From the NCBI GenBank assembly GCA_000004695.1, contig CM000154.2, positions 1,408,001-1,472,000 on the forward strand: a stretch of DNA of 64,000 nt, in the 5' to 3' direction. Below the pieces are notes generated by a model. The model was not told the DNA's origin and did not search any database. It saw only the letters and a list, made by a program, of their open reading frames with translations. A program made the translations under genes and the position numbers. This DNA is from Dictyostelium discoideum. Taxonomy: Eukaryota. Below are positions 20,490 to 39,031 of this stretch, piece by piece. How positions within the stretch are numbered: the first letter of the stretch is position 1; each line of letters starts with the position of its first letter.

Positions 20490-20600
20490 AGTGGGGAGTG
20501 GGGGATGTGTGGTAAACTCAAAACTCAAGCTTATTATCGTTTCATTTTTATTACTTTTAAAATATGTTTAAAAAATTGTTATTGGGGTGGGGGAAGACAA
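20490..20600. promoter_or_regulatory. G-rich boxes (GTGGGGAGTGGGGGATGTGTGG and ATTGGGGTGGGGGAAG) in the 5' region of the GOLPH3-like gene. Candidate G-box type cis elements.
   Basis: Two short G-tracts sit in an otherwise roughly 85% A+T intergenic interval. G-rich/GT-rich boxes are the best-known class of developmental promoter element in Dictyostelium (established knowledge). Function here is inferred only from composition and position. Confidence 0.25.
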
Positions 20601-20759
20601 TAATTAAAAAAAAAGAAAAAAAAGAAAGAAAAAAATAATAATACAAAAGGTAAAAAAAAAATGAATAAAAAAAAAAAATAAATTGCAATTAATTTCTTTA
20701 TTGTTTTACGTTAACCCCATTTTTCCATTTGAGTGCTTTTTTTATTGCTATTGTTATTA

Positions 20760-21220
20760 CTATATATTTTTGGTTTCCCCATTCTTATTTAATTTATTTG
20801 AAATGTTTGTTGGTGGGTTATTATTATTATTATTGTTATTATTATTAATCGAATTAATTGAATGTATATTACCTAATAATCTAGATTGATGATATAAAAT
20901 TAATGAGGGGTTATGATTCGAATTTGGTGATAAATAGTATGGTGAAGTGGTAGACGAATTATAGTATGGATTATAAATAATATTATTGTTATTACTATTG
21001 TTGTTTTGATGATAATTATTATTATTATTATTATTATTAATTAAAAATGATGAAGAGGGTGATGGGTTACCACTACCAGGTGAATGAATTGGTAAATATT
21101 GTGAACTGTTTTTATTAATTTCTTTATTATAATAAAAAAGAATTAATATTAAAATACCAATAATTAAAACTGCTAAAAAAAGTACAATTCCAATGAATGA
21201 ATTTGTTAATTTTGGATCTA

Positions 21221-21256
<36 letters not shown>

Positions 21257-21678
21257 AAAAAATTAAAAAATAATTAATGATTAATTAAAATTAATATATT
21301 TATAATATTTGAATAAATATATAATTATTACTAAAATTATAATTATTATAATATTTTAATAATAAACATACCACATTTTCCGCAAATTGGTATTGAATTA
21401 TGTAAATTTGGAATTACCATTGTTGAATTTAATAATGATAAAGGTGGTATATCATTATAATTTTCTGGTGAATTATTTTCATTATTATAAATAAATAATA
21501 ATGTATCATTTATACAATGATATTCTAAAACAAAATTATCATAATAAACTTTTGAACATTTTAAATTATCATTTATAGGCCCTAGGCAACAATGATTTGA
21601 ATTAATACCACCAAATAAAATTGTCAAATATAATAATAATAATAAAAATAAAATATTTATATATTTTATTTTATTCAA
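20760..21678 (-). CDS. Type I membrane protein with signal peptide, Cys-rich ectodomain, one TM helix and an N/S/P/Y-rich cytoplasmic tail, about 254 aa. Exons 21678..21372 and 21217..20760.
   Basis: MNKIKYINILFLLLLLYLTILFGGINSNHCCLGPINDNLKCSKVYYDNFVLEYHCINDTLLF...ICGKCG|DPKLTNSFIGIVLFLAVLIIGILILILFYYNKEINKNSSQYLPIHSPGSGNPSPSSS...NKNGETKNI. The N-terminal hydrophobic signal, N-glycosylation sequons, and a 23-residue hydrophobic span are seen directly. The GTATGT donor and caatag acceptor are in phase. The family was not recognised. Confidence 0.55.
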
Positions 21679-21681
21679 TAG

Positions 21682-21712
<31 letters not shown>

Positions 21713-21871
21713 TTTATTATTATTAATTAAATTTTGGGGTTTTTTTTTTTTTTTTTTTTTTTTTTTATAGTTAGTATTATTATTTGATTCTTATTAAATT
21801 TTTTTGATTGTTTTTTTTTTTTATATTTTTATTTTTTTTTATCCAGATTGATATTTTTTTTTTTTTAAATA

Positions 21872-21941
<70 letters not shown>

Positions 21942-22507
21942 TTATTGTTTTTATTATTTTTATTATTTTTATTAATTAAAATTTTTTATTTTATTGCAAA
22001 AGAGTTTTTTTTATTTTGGTTGCAAATTTTAATATTATTTTTTTTTTTTTCCAAAAAATAAAAAATAATAAAATAATTAAGTTATTATATGGGGATACTA
22101 TAGTATTATCATAATATCTGTAGAAGTGTGTGTAATGATTGTAAAAAAAAAAAAAAAAAAGTAAAAAAAAAAAAAAAAAAAAAATCTAAACATTTAAAAA
22201 AAAAAAAAAAAAAACCCACTAAATGTGGTCACCCTCTTTAAATTTCTAAATTCAGATTTATAAAGTATTTTTTATCTTTATTTTTTTTTATTTATTATTT
22301 TTTATTTTTTTTTTATTTTATGATATATTTATAATTTATTACCAAAAATGAACATACGTTCACATAAAAAATAAAAAAAAATTAAAAAAAAAAAAATTTG
22401 GTTGGAAAAAAAAAAAAAAAAAAAAATGAAAACTTTTTTTTTTATTCATTTTTATTTTTATTTTTATTTTTATTTTTTTTAAATTCATAATAATAAATTT
22501 AATAATA

Positions 22508-23752
22508 ATGACAGAGGTTGTTAAAATTGATATTGAATTTAAAGAAATAAATCAAGATAATAATAATAATAATGGTGATGAGGAGGAAGAGGATAGGGAG
22601 GGGGAGGAGGAAGAACCAATGGAAGAAGGTGAAACATCATATATAAATAAAGATCAAAGAAAAGCAATGAGTGTTGATTTATCATTAGTAGAGGATGCAA
22701 TTATAATATCAAATAGAATTAAAGAGAAATGTTTACAATTGGTAAAATTAAAATCATCAACATCACCAATACTATCATCATCACCATCATCAAATGTTGA
22801 TGGATCAATAACACCACCACCACCAATTAAACCGACTCTTTCACCAATTGCATCAGTATTAGCCGATTCAATAATGTCAGATTTCATAGAGATAAAAAAA
22901 GCAATTCATAAAACTCATATCGATTCAGAAACTAAAAAAACAAAAAAGAATGAAGAGAAAGAGAAATTTGAAAAACTGAATCTTGTTTATCAAAACTATC
23001 TATATGAAAAAAATCATTTAGAAAAAGAAATTAATTCATATAAAGATTTTAAGTAAGTTTACTAATTTTAATACTAATAATAATAATAATTAATATTAAT
23101 ATTAAAAAATATATACTTTTTTTTATTTATTTATTATTATTAGAATTGATGATCAAAAACCTAAATTATTATCATTAGAAGATTTTGAAAATAAAATTAA
23201 AGATTGTACATCAATTAAATTAGAATCAGTTGACACTGGTAATGAAGAATTAAATCAACATAATTTATTATTAAATAGATTAAATTTTGAATTATATGAA
23301 AGAAATAGGTATGTTTTTTTAAAAAATAAAATTATTTATTTATTTATTTTTTGTTCAACAATTAATTTTTTTATTTTTTTATCTTTTTTTTTTTTTTTAC
23401 AGAACAATTGAACAATTAAACAAGATACAAAGAGATAAAAGATTACATTTAGGATTAAATACAACTAAACAAGAGTTTTTATCATCATTATTAACAAATG
23501 TTACAGCATTGGCATCAAATATATCAAATATTCAACCAAGTTCAACTAGTAATTATGAACAAAGTATATTCAATTTACCAAAACCATTATATGTATTATA
23601 TTATTCAGTGAATTCATATTTACAATCCAATACAAAATCAACAATGAATTCTGATAACCTATTATTAAAAATTAAAGGTGATATGGATAAAGCAACAATT
23701 TTTAATTCTGATTTTATGATTTATTCACAACAAACTCAACATCAACACCATC

Positions 23753-23845
<93 letters not shown>

Positions 23846-25197
23846 CACAAGAAGAAATAACACTTAGAAATAATAACAATAGTGATTATCATCCATTATC
23901 AGTGATTTTAGATTATTTAATATTCGATACAAAGGTATCATTAGAGTTTACTTGGGATTGGTTTAGAAATATTGTACTTTGTAAACCAATAGATCATTCT
24001 GATTTTTATTTATATAATATATTTCCAAATGATACAGGTTTATTAGCATCATTTACAGGTGATGTTGAAATTCCCCCAATTTCTATCACCTCACCAACCC
24101 CTCTATCACCAAAACCAATTAATAATCAACAACCATCACAACAACAATCTCATCAAAATAACATCAATGTTAATATTATTGATTCATATAATAGTGGATT
24201 CGGTAGACCATATAAATGGACACAAGTTTTATGTGGATTATTACCATGTAAATTTATTCAATCCGATAGTAACCAATCTACATTTAATCAATGGTCAATC
24301 ACTGCTAATATTATGAACTCTGTCTTAAAGAGATTAGAGTGTAAAGTTTCTTTAGAAAAACAAATTAATATTCTAAAGAGACAAGCATTAAATTATAAAT
24401 CAACAAATAGTACCTATAGAGAAAGAGAAAAAGAAAAAGAAAGAGAAAAAGAAAAAGAAAAAGAAAAGGAAAAGGAAAAAGAAAAAGAAAAAGAAAAAGA
24501 TAGAGATAGAGAAAGAGATAGAGATAGGGATAGAGATAGGGATAGAGACAGAGATAGAGATAGGGATAGGGATAGAGAAAGGGAAAGAGAAAGAGAAAGA
24601 GAAAGAGAAAAAGAAAAAGAAAAAGAAAGAGAAAAAGAAAGAGAAAGAGAAAAAGAAAGAGATAGAGAAAGAGATAATAACAGTAGTAATAGTAATAGTA
24701 GTAGTACAATAACACCATTTTCAACAACAATTAAATTTATGTCAGCATTATCAGAAACAGATTCAAATAATCCAACAATTTATGGATCAGATTTAGTAAA
24801 ACTATTCTTCAAGAATAGTTTTGCTGATATTGAAGTGTTAATTATAATTCCATCAGACTATCCATTGGTTCCACCAATTTTTCAAATTGAAACGGAGAGA
24901 TCAAAAGAGAATTTTAATAGTTTGGATAAAGATTTAAATCATATTTTATTATTACAAAGGGATCAAATCAATTCATTAGAAACCTTTTTGAATTCTCAAT
25001 TCCTTTTTCAAAATCCTCATCTTCAAGGTTGTTATGATTTATTTGGTCATTTAGTTCAAAGATTAAAAGATATTTTAGTATTCCTCGCTACCGATCCAAA
25101 GATTGTAAAGTCAAAATGTCAAGGTCGTTTAACAAAAGGAAAATTAAGAACTTTACCCTTTTCTATTGATTCTCAATCCTTGTTATGGAAACATTAA
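22508..25197 (+). CDS. thoc5: THO complex subunit 5 (THOC5) homologue with poly-Q and (KE/RE/RD)n insertions, about 800 aa. Exons 22508..23052, 23144..23308 and 23403..25197.
   Basis: ...NLPKPLYVLYYSVNSYLQ... corresponds to THOC5 LPPPLYVLYVQATAY. The C-terminal ...IEVLIIIPSDYPLVPPIFQIETERSKENFNS... corresponds to THOC5 ...YSSIPPVFQLCLNWKGEK. The N-terminal coiled coil fits too. Both introns have GTAAGT/GTATGT donors, AG acceptors and correct phases. Confidence 0.65.
24413..24675 (+). repeat. About 260 bp of pure homopurine (GA-only) on the coding strand, encoding (EKEK/RDRD/RERE)n.
   Basis: Direct observation: gaaagagaaaaagaaaaag...gatagagatagggatagagac...gaaagggaaagagaaagag. Not one pyrimidine on the plus strand across the tract. 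The repeat unit is imperfect. Confidence 0.9.
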
Positions 25198-25378
25198 AAA
25201 AAAAAAATAAAAAAATAAAAAAACAAAATAAAAAAAAAACATTTACTAAATGCTATATAATTTAATTTCTCATAAACAAATTTATTTCTTATACTTCTTA
25301 AACGATCAATTTCCATAGTTTGTGTTGTTTTAGAAATTATTTATTAAAATTGGTTTTCATTTTGGGGTATTGGACCAA

Positions 25379-25410
<32 letters not shown>

Positions 25411-26150
25411 TTAAAATACAATTTTATAAAAAAAAAAAAAAAAAGAGTAAAAGAAAAAAAAAATGTTAAAATTAATTTAAAATCAAAGTGATTGAATCGA
25501 AATGGAGGAAAAGAAAAATTAAAGATTTGAAGCATTAAAATGTGTTAAATCGAAATAACTTCACAAAAAAATAATAATATGTATTTTTTTGTGCATTTCC
25601 AAATTAATTGGCTCAAAAAATTTTTTTGCGCCATCATTTCAAAAATATTTCGATCAGATCGGTCACATTTTTTTGTTTGCAAAAAAAAACCAAATAGTGA
25701 TAGGGTTAATTTTTTATTGGAGGTTGGTGTGGTATTTATTGTAATAATAATTATGAAAATGGAATACAAAAATGAAAAAAAAAAATTAATTTTATTCTTT
25801 TATTACCAAAAAAATAAAAATTAATCATTGTGTTAATTTAGACACCCCCAATATACCATATCATCAAACGGTTAAAAAAAAATAAAAATAAAAATAAAAA
25901 AAAAATAAAAAAAATAATAACAATAATATTTTTGGAACTATTTAAATATTATTTTTTCATTTTTTTTTTTTTTTCTTCTTTTTTTATTTAAATTATTTTT
26001 ATAAAAATTAAAAAGCAATATAAACAAAACTTTTTTTTTTTTTTTATTTATAATCTTTTTTGATTAAAATTTATTAAAATATTAATTTTTATTAAAAATT
26101 AAAAAATAAAAAAATAAAAATAAAAAAAATTAAAAAAAATAAAAAAAAAA

Positions 26151-26462
26151 ATGGAAAACAAATTAAAAATTATAAATAGTTGTGAATGTATTAATACAAA
26201 AATGTGCCCAAATACTCCAATAAAAAAAAATATTTACCTTTCATCATCTCAAATAATACAAAATAAAAATAACCAACTTGTAAAATTTGAAGACTCTGAA
26301 TTCTATTCCATAGAGTTTGAAAGTTTAATTATAAATTCAACATTAACAGACTTATTAAATTTAAATCAAGATTATCTAAATCACAGAAAATCAATATGGG
26401 AATCTCAAATAAGTAGTATAAATAAAAGACCATCCTCTCTTGGTATTCCTTTAAAATTTTAA
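26151..26462 (+). CDS. Small hypothetical ORF of 103 aa.
   Basis: The track ORF MENKLKIINSCECINTKMCPNTPIKKNIYLSSSQ... is an isolated ATG-to-stop frame flanked by oligo(dT)/oligo(dA). It has no homology handle and only moderate coding character. Confidence 0.25.
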   Translation: MENKLKIINSCECINTKMCPNTPIKKNIYLSSSQIIQNKNNQLVKFEDSEFYSIEFESLIINSTLTDLLNLNQDYLNHRKSIWESQISSINKRPSSLGIPLKF

Positions 26463-26469
26463 AATCAAT

Positions 26470-26501
<32 letters not shown>

Positions 26502-26815
26502 CATTTTTTGTTCGACTGAAAATAACTTGTAAATAAAATATATTTAAATATTCCACACGCAATTAGTATTTTATTTTTTATTTTTTATTTTTTATTTTTT
26601 ACATTTATCTTGTATTAAGTATTAAAATATTATTATTATTGTTATTTTTACTTTTATTTTTGTTTTAATATTAATTTAATTAATTTGATATAGAGTACAT
26701 GGCTATTGGGTAATTTATATTACCTAATGCAACGAGAAAATATTATTTTTTTATTTTTTTTTAATTTTTTTTAATTTTTTTTTTTTACATTTATTTATAC
26801 AGTTTAAAAACATTT

Positions 26816-30681
<3,866 letters not shown>

Positions 30682-31426
30682 TTTTTTTTTATTTTTTTTT
30701 TTTTATTGTTATTTTTTTTTTTAAAAAAAAAAAAATAATAGCTTGGAAACAAAGAAAGATGGTGGGAATTTATTGAATTCTGTGTTATGATTGATTGAGA
30801 AAATAAAAAAAATTAGGTTGGAAAAAAAAAAAAAAAAAAATAAAACAATAGAAAATAAAAAAAATAAAAAAAATAAAAATAATAAAAAAAAAATAAAAAA
30901 AATAAAAAAAATAAAAAAAAAAAAATTTGTCGTGCTTACAACTCGTTGGTATCTAAAATTTTTTAGAAAATATCTTATTTTTTTTTTATATATTTATTTT
31001 TTTTTTTTTTATTATGACGTATTAATTTTTTTATTTGAAAAATTGAAATCGGATTATTAAAACAATTAAAATTTTAAGGGATCTTATTTTTTTTTTTTTT
31101 TTTTTTTTTTTTAGATATATATATTTTTTTTTTTTACTTATCTTTTTTTTTAATTAACGTAACAAATTACCAGTTTTTTTTTTACTTTTTTTTACTTTTC
31201 TTATTTTTTTTAATTCACTTAAATAAATTACCAGTTTTTTTTTTTTTTTTTGGGAAATCTGAAAATTCAGTTTTGGGAAAAAAAAAAAAAAAATTGTGAC
31301 AATTTTAAAACTTTAAAGATGATAATTCGTTCTCTATTTTTATTTAATTTTTATTTTATTACTTTATTATTATTTTTATTATTTTTATTTTTCTGGAAAT
31401 TGATAATTATCTTTTTTTTTTTTTTT

Positions 31427-34400
31427 TTACTTTGGAATTGCTGGTAATTTTTTAGAAATAGTTCCGCCAGTTGGTCTTAATAAAAAGCTACTTGAGGGAG
31501 ATGAAACTGTAGAGTTTGGAAGAGATGATGAGCCAGAAGGTGATGTATTGTTATTTGCTGTAAATTGTTTGAGTGTTGAAGATGGTAATGTACTTGATTG
31601 TCCAATTGTTTTGTTACCAGCAGATATGGAATTAAATTTAATTGGTGTTGTTGATGATGTTGTTGGAGGTGGGGGTGGTGAAGTAACACCTCCTGGAGTT
31701 GGTAATGGTTTTGAGGGTGGTTTGTTGATACTATTTGATGATAGACTTGATGGTAATGGTGGACGTGTAACAATAGTTGGGTTTGGAGTTTGATTTGTTG
31801 GTGGAGTTGAAGTAGTTTGGGTTGTTCCTACAGGTTTTTGAGGTAATGATCTTGGTGGTTTCAATACTGAAATTGGACTTGGAGTTGGGGTTTGAGTTGC
31901 TGTTGCTGTTGTTGCTATTTGAGGTGGTGATGATGGGTTTGATTTTGAGGTTGGAGTTGGTTTCAAATTTGATGATGTTGAATTTGTTGGAGTTGTTGGA
32001 GTAGTTGGAGTTGTTGGAGTTGTTGGAGTAGTTGGAGTTGAAATTGAGGTTGGTGATAGATTTGTTGGAGTTGGTGTTTTTAAGATTGGTACTGGATTTG
32101 GTGCTGGTGGTTTTTGAGAAGAAATTAATGTTGGCTTTGGTGTAATATTTGGTTTCATTGCAGTTGGAACTGATGGTTTTGGTGTAATATTTCCACCAGC
32201 TAAGATAGTTTGAACTGTTGGTGTAGTTGCAACTGATGTTGTTGTTGTTGTAGTAGTAGTTGGAACTGATGATACAATAACTGAAGGAGTAGGTGAAGTT
32301 GCTATTGGTGTGAAATTTTGAGTTAATTTTCTAACTAGTTGTGGATGAGGTTGAGGTGGTGAGGTTGTACCACTGCCACTACTTATGGTTGAAGATTTTG
32401 GTTTTGTTGTTGTTGTTGCACCTGAATTTGAGTTAAAACCAGTAGAGATTGTAGACTTGGCAGAATTTGTTGTTGTTGCAGTTGCAGGATTTAAACCAGA
32501 CATTATTAATAATCTTGAATGAATATCAATAAAGGTTGGTCTTTTAAGTGGATCATTTTGCCAACAATCAGTGATTAAAGTGATAAAGTCAGGATGACCA
32601 CAAACAGAGTTTTGAGGAATTGTTGGTCTTAGACCGTTAGTGATTTCATCTTCTAATTGATACATAAAAGAGGAATGAGCGACAGGATATTCATCAAATG
32701 GAAGTAAACCAGTTAAAATTTCCCATAGTACAATACCGAAACTGTAGACATCAGCCTTTTCAGTATACTCATCACCCCTCATGATTTCAGGAGATAACCA
32801 AATTGGATTCGAAAGTTTATCACGACCGAGGGCACTTGTAACGACAGCTCTAGTTTCACCAAAATCAGAGACCTTGCAAACCACAGCAGCATTCATATCG
32901 GAAAGCATTAAAATATTTGGGGATTTCAAATCACGATGACAAATCTTTGGAGTGAAACCATGCATATGTTTAATGGCATCGGCAATGTTGATTGCGATTT
33001 TCAATTTCAATTGCCAAGTGATTGAGGAGAAACTCTTTCTTAGATGACTATACAATGTTCCATTTGGTATGTACTCCATAACGATACAACATGGATCCAA
33101 ACAATAACCTTTCAAAGAAACTATACTTGGATGAGTTAGGGTGTTTGATAACCAAACTTCACGTCTAAATTCACGATAAATTTCAGAGGCAGCTTCAGCT
33201 TGGCCACTATCAATTGTGATTTGTTTAATTGCCACAAGTTGACCACGAAGTTTGCCTTTGTAAACTATACCAAAACCACCTTCACCAACTTTTTCAATGA
33301 TTTCAAGATCTTTATATTCTAGGGTAAAGTTTGGACCAATATCAGACATCATTAATTCAGGTACGAGTGAATCTAAACGAACTATAGTCTCTTCACCAGT
33401 GATGGAACTACGACAAACAACCTCGAATTTCTTTGATAAGAAGATACGTTCAATCTCTTCATATAAAAACATTGTACGTAAATCTTGAGTTTTAGAAGGA
33501 CCAAATGAAAGTTGTTGATTAATTAAATGTGAAATTTTTGATAAATCAAGTTGTCTTGATGAAGTGTTTGATAGTGAAGTAGATGAAGAGGAGGAGGAAG
33601 AGGATGAAACAGCAGTGGTCACTATTGAACTACTACTACCACTACCGGTTGTACCATTGATTTTTGGTTTATTAGTATTTCTATAGAGTGTTAAGAATTT
33701 AGAAGGATTCTTCTTTCTCTTTCCTTTTAATGTACCACCAGGTGAAACACTTTCACCATCGTAATAATCTGCAAAATCTAAATCTAAAATATCACCTGAA
33801 GTTTCATTTGATGATGAAGTTGAATCTGGATTTAATAATGGTGGTGATAATAATGATGGAGTTGATGATGAACTTGAAACATTTGAATTTAATGAATTTG
33901 TTGAAATACTACCACTCATTGATGATAATGAACTTGAATGTGTTAATTGTATTTGTGAAGATGATTGTTGTGATGCTAAAGATTGCGATGAAGATGATGT
34001 TGTTGTTGTTGCTGTTGTTGTTGTTGTTGTTGATAATTGTGGTTGTGATGTTGATAATGATGGTTGTGAAGATGTTAATGGTGTTGATAATGATGGTTGT
34101 GAAGATGTTAATGATGATGATGATGATGTTGATGTTGATGGTGATTGTTGTTGTTGATGATGTTGTTGTTGCGACATATTCACAATATTTACATTATTAT
34201 TATTATTACTACTTAAATTTATAGTACTATTAATAATATTAATTGAACCAATATTTGAAATTAAAATTGAATTACAATTGATACAATTACAAGGTACCAA
34301 GAAATGGAAATGTAATTTATACCAACCAGATATTAAAACTTCAGCTGTTTCAATTATAAATCTAAGGAGAGAAGCAGGATTTTTACCCCAAGCTTTAAAG

Positions 34401-37400
34401 TTAATTTGATTGAATTGTTGAATACTTTCAATTAAACATTGAGAATCATCTTTTTCAACCAAAAGTCCATTCTTCCAAAACTCTTTAACCGTAGTGAAAT
34501 GCATTGTTCTTATCATTAGTTTTGAAAAGAAACCAATTGGTAAGAATTCAAATTGATAAATTCTCTCTAAAAATGGTTGTTGTTGTTGACTCTTTAATAG
34601 AATTTGATCATAAAGTTTTTCAATTGAATTTGGTCTTTCTTCACTCAACAATATTGGTACTAAATGTTTTGTGCTACTCTTTGGAACTAATGTTATTGAA
34701 TCTGAGAAATTATTACTACTAGTATTTGGTGATGGTGTAGTAGAATTTGATGGTGATGTTGATTGATCATTGATTTTCTTTATAATACTTAATGAAGAAC
34801 CCTTTGAAATTGAACCATTACCAAATCTTGAAACATTTAATAATGATGTTGTATTTGTTGTACTATTAGTTCTATGTAAAGTTTTATTACCATTTGTTGT
34901 TGATGATGATGATGTTGATATTGCACTACCACTTGATTTCAAATTTGAACCTGAATTATTTAAAGATTTTTGAGTGGTTGATGGTGATGATGATGATGAT
35001 GATATGGTTGCTTTTGGATCAGGTAAAGGATGAACAATTTCAAACTTTTGTAAAATTGCTAATAAAACATGATGAAGATGTTGAGGGAAATCAGGTGGTT
35101 TCCAAATTTGATGAAGATTTGATTGATCTAGTACACCAGATTGTACGAAATTAGGTTTACTAGTGATAATGGTAGCCATAAGACGTGTTAACCAAGGGGG
35201 ATCAATGAAAATGAATTGATCAAGACCACTCTTTGGATCATCGAAATAAACGATTACACCCAATTCCTTTAAGAAATCAGCGGCAGCGGTGATTGAAGTT
35301 TGAGGGATACCACAAGAGATAGCCATTTCAGTGAATTCCGATAGGGTAATGATTGGTGGTGTATTCATTTCTCTTTCACTTAGGATTAAATTCTCCAATT
35401 GGAAATAACTTCTACTGAATAGATCACCCAATTTCTTTTCAGCTTTACCCAATTTGACGATATGATTCTGAAGTTTATTGATGTTTTTACCAGATTTACA
35501 ACTTACAGGTAAAAAGAATTTAACGTTTGGAAACTTTGTAAAATATTTACTGTGAATATCTTGAGTGATTTGATTGACATCTACACCATTTGGTAAATCA
35601 TCTAAATGAGTACCCACCAAGATAACTGGAGAATTACCACCAAACGCCTCGATACATTGTAACCAATAGGGTACACGTGATGTTTCATCAGGATTGTAGA
35701 CAGACATATCGAAAACCACAATGAAAACTGAACGACTACTAATAAAGAATTGATGAGTTGAATAGTAAACTTCTTGACCAGCAAAATCCCAAATTGAAAA
35801 AGTCACTGGTGGGGATTGATCCTCAGAGGGTGGTCTCCAATCGTCCATGTTGATACCATCAGTTGAGATATTTAAAGAGGTATTCAATGGGTTAATCGAT
35901 TGTGGGGCATTGAAATCAATTGAACCATTTGCTTCGGTTAGTGTTGGAGTTTTACTCTTCTTAGTGCCCAAACCAATGGTTTGACGTAACTTTTTACCCA
36001 CTGGTATAATCTCTTTCTTTAAACATTTTGCAATACTAGTTTTACCGACATTCTCTTGACCAACCAACATTAACTTCATACGCATACATGGTTTCTCCTT
36101 TGTTGATGCCAATTTCAAGTATTTCAAAATTCCAATTAAATCATCACCACTCAATACATCTGGTATTGAGATTTTAGCATTCGAAGCGCCATCGAATGAA
36201 ATTGGATTACCCGTTATATTTAAAACCTTTAGAGTTGTCAATTGTGATAATTGCCAAGGCAATGACTCTATGGCGTTATTTGATAGATTTAGAGTTTGCA
36301 ATGAAGAAAGTTTACCAATTTGTGGTGGTAAATCTTTGATACGATTATTTGTTAAATCCAATTCAATCAATGATGAAATTGAGCCAATTTCAATGGGTAA
36401 TGCTGATAGACCACAATCTGATAGATCCAATTTCGTGGCTTTTATAGCGATTGCTTCATAAATTCTTTGTTTAATTGGATGAAAACATGGTGAACCTGCA
36501 ATTGAAAATGATTCTAAACTCTTTAAACGTGTAAATATCTCAATTGGTAAACGATTGAAATAATTTCTTTGCATCATCAATACCTTTAGATTAACCAATT
36601 GTGATAAACTATTAACATTTATAGTTTCAATGAAATTGAAACTAATATCCAAATGATTCAATTTACATAGTGTACCAAGTTCAATTGGTAACGATGATAA
36701 ATTATTATGAGAAACATTTAAAAGTTTCAATTCTTTCATCTCTGAAATTTCACTTGGTAATGATGACAATTGATTATTTGATAAATCTAAAATTTGTAAA
36801 TTCTTTAATTCCTTTAAAATTGAAACTGGTATACTACTAATACAATTATGATCTAAATATAATTCTTTTAAATCTGAAATTCTTCTACTATCCAATGATA
36901 ACATATTTAATTTATTTAAAAGTTGTAATGAAATTTCTGAATAATCACATGATCCTAAATCTAATAATCCTTTATTATTATTTATTATTGTTGAACTTGT
37001 TGTTGAAGTTGAAGTTGATGGTGTTGTTGATTTTTGATTAACTTGTAATTGTTTTTTCTTTTTATCTAAACGATTTGTAACTGAAATTGCTTTTAATTTT
37101 ATACGATCACTATATTCTGGTGGTATTGATGGTAAAGTTATTCTTGATAAAACTGTACTATGACAAGAAACCCATTGATCAATGATTTCAGCACCCATTG
37201 ATTGAGTGATATTATTATCTTCTAAAAATAAGGCATTTAAAGTTTGATTAAATTTTAAAAGTTTTGAAATATGTTTTGCACCAGTATCTGTGATTTGATT
37301 CTGAGTTAAAATGACCACGGTAATTGATGGATGTGATAGAATACCATCAATCAAAGATATCAGACCTTTATCGGCTATTGTATTCTCGCTTAAATCCATT

Positions 37401-38981
37401 TGAATCAATGAATGATTATAACGTAACATATCACCCAATGCAACTGCACATGGATCATTGATTGAATTTTGAGATAATGTTAAATGAGTGATACTCTTAT
37501 TCAATGACATCATACCCAATGTCATTTGCATATACTTATCATTCATTGTCAATGGTATGAAAATTAATTGATTTACAAAATGTGTTGATGCCAATGCCGC
37601 AAACAATGGTTTTGGATCTGATATTTTCAACATTTGTGAAGTTAATTCAACCTTTGGTCTTTGACCACTAATTATCATTTTACAAAATAATGCAATATCT
37701 TTTGCATCTTCAAATTCATCTGGACCATCATCATTATTACTACCGTTATTATTACCGTTATTATTATTATTAAAATCATCAATTCCGCCTAAACCAATTG
37801 TACTATTTCTACCACCTGCTACAGTTGAGGAATAAGAATTGGTTAAATTATTTTGATTTTGATTTTGATTTTGATTTGATTTTAAAGAAGCTTGAGATAA
37901 AACTTGAAACCAAGTTGATTTCTCTTTTTCTGATGAAGTCATATAAAATATTGAAGATTCTTTAGTTTTAATTTGAAAACCTTTTCTATATTCAAATCCT
38001 AACTCTGGATCATCAACTTGAATATTTACAATTCTCTCCAACTTTTTCAATAAATAAAATGAACCATCATATGCCATCATTGTATTATTATTAATTGTAC
38101 TTGTATCTTCAATCTTTTCTGTAAATAATATTATATCTGAAAATAAAAATGTATAATATGAAATTCTTTGATTATTAAATTGTTCAATTAAAATACCTTC
38201 TTTTAAAAATTTTCTATTTTGAACAATATCTGAACTCTAAAAAAAATAAAAAAAAATTAATGTTAATAAATAATGGAAAAAATATAAATTTTTAAAAAAA
38301 AAAAAAAAAACACAACTTACATTAAATAAACCAATTGTTGGTGATTTAATTGATTTTGAAATTGAGATAACTTTGTTAATGTTTACAGATTCATTTACAA
38401 TATCTTTAACAACTTGAACAATTTGTTTATATAAATTATTGTATGGTTTATAATCTGGATTTAATACTGCTATTGAATCAATTAAAGATTTAAAGAATTG
38501 ATGAAATCTTGCCAAAAAATGAATTGGTAATATTAAAAGTGATGCTAAATTACTATAAGTATATTCCTGTGTGAATTTACCTGTTACACTATTACTATTA
38601 TTTATACCACTACTACCACCACCACTATTATTATTATTATTATTACTGTTAGCGCTATTTATTCCAGTAAATGTATGACCAGTTCTTCTTAATGTAACAG
38701 CTGGGAAAGAACTACCACTACTATTATTTGTTGATTGTGATGTAGTTTGATCATATTGTGAACCTAGAATCTCTGAAAGTGATACAGGTTTAACACAAGA
38801 TGATGATGATGAAGTTGGAACTAATGGTGCCAATGAATACTTGTGTTCATTAACTAACTTGCTCTCTGCATTATTTATAAAACTTTCAAATCTTTGATTA
38901 TCAAACATTAATAAACATAAACTACTTAAACTATAATTATATTGTAATCCATAAACTTTATATAATTTTAAATATCCAACC

Positions 38982-39031
<50 letters not shown>

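Noticed and set aside
20905-20935. The tRNA T-loop-like string GATTCGAAT.
   Set aside because: There is no complementary T-stem and no acceptor or D-arm structure. It lies inside the coding tail of the membrane-protein gene. No other GTTCGAATC-type T-loops or B-box matches were seen. I conclude the window has no tRNA.
25540-25830. A moderately GC-containing segment 3' of the THOC5 gene, with overlapping ORFs on both strands (25545..25769 minus, 25579..25824 plus).
   Set aside because: Neither ORF has coding character. I found no promoter box or convincing stem structure. It is most simply the 3' UTR or terminator region.
33730-34224. Several plus-strand ORFs of 60-164 aa inside 31427..38080.
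   Set aside because: All are antisense to the continuous 2217-aa Roco ORF and are M/L/V homopolymer-like. They are not genes.
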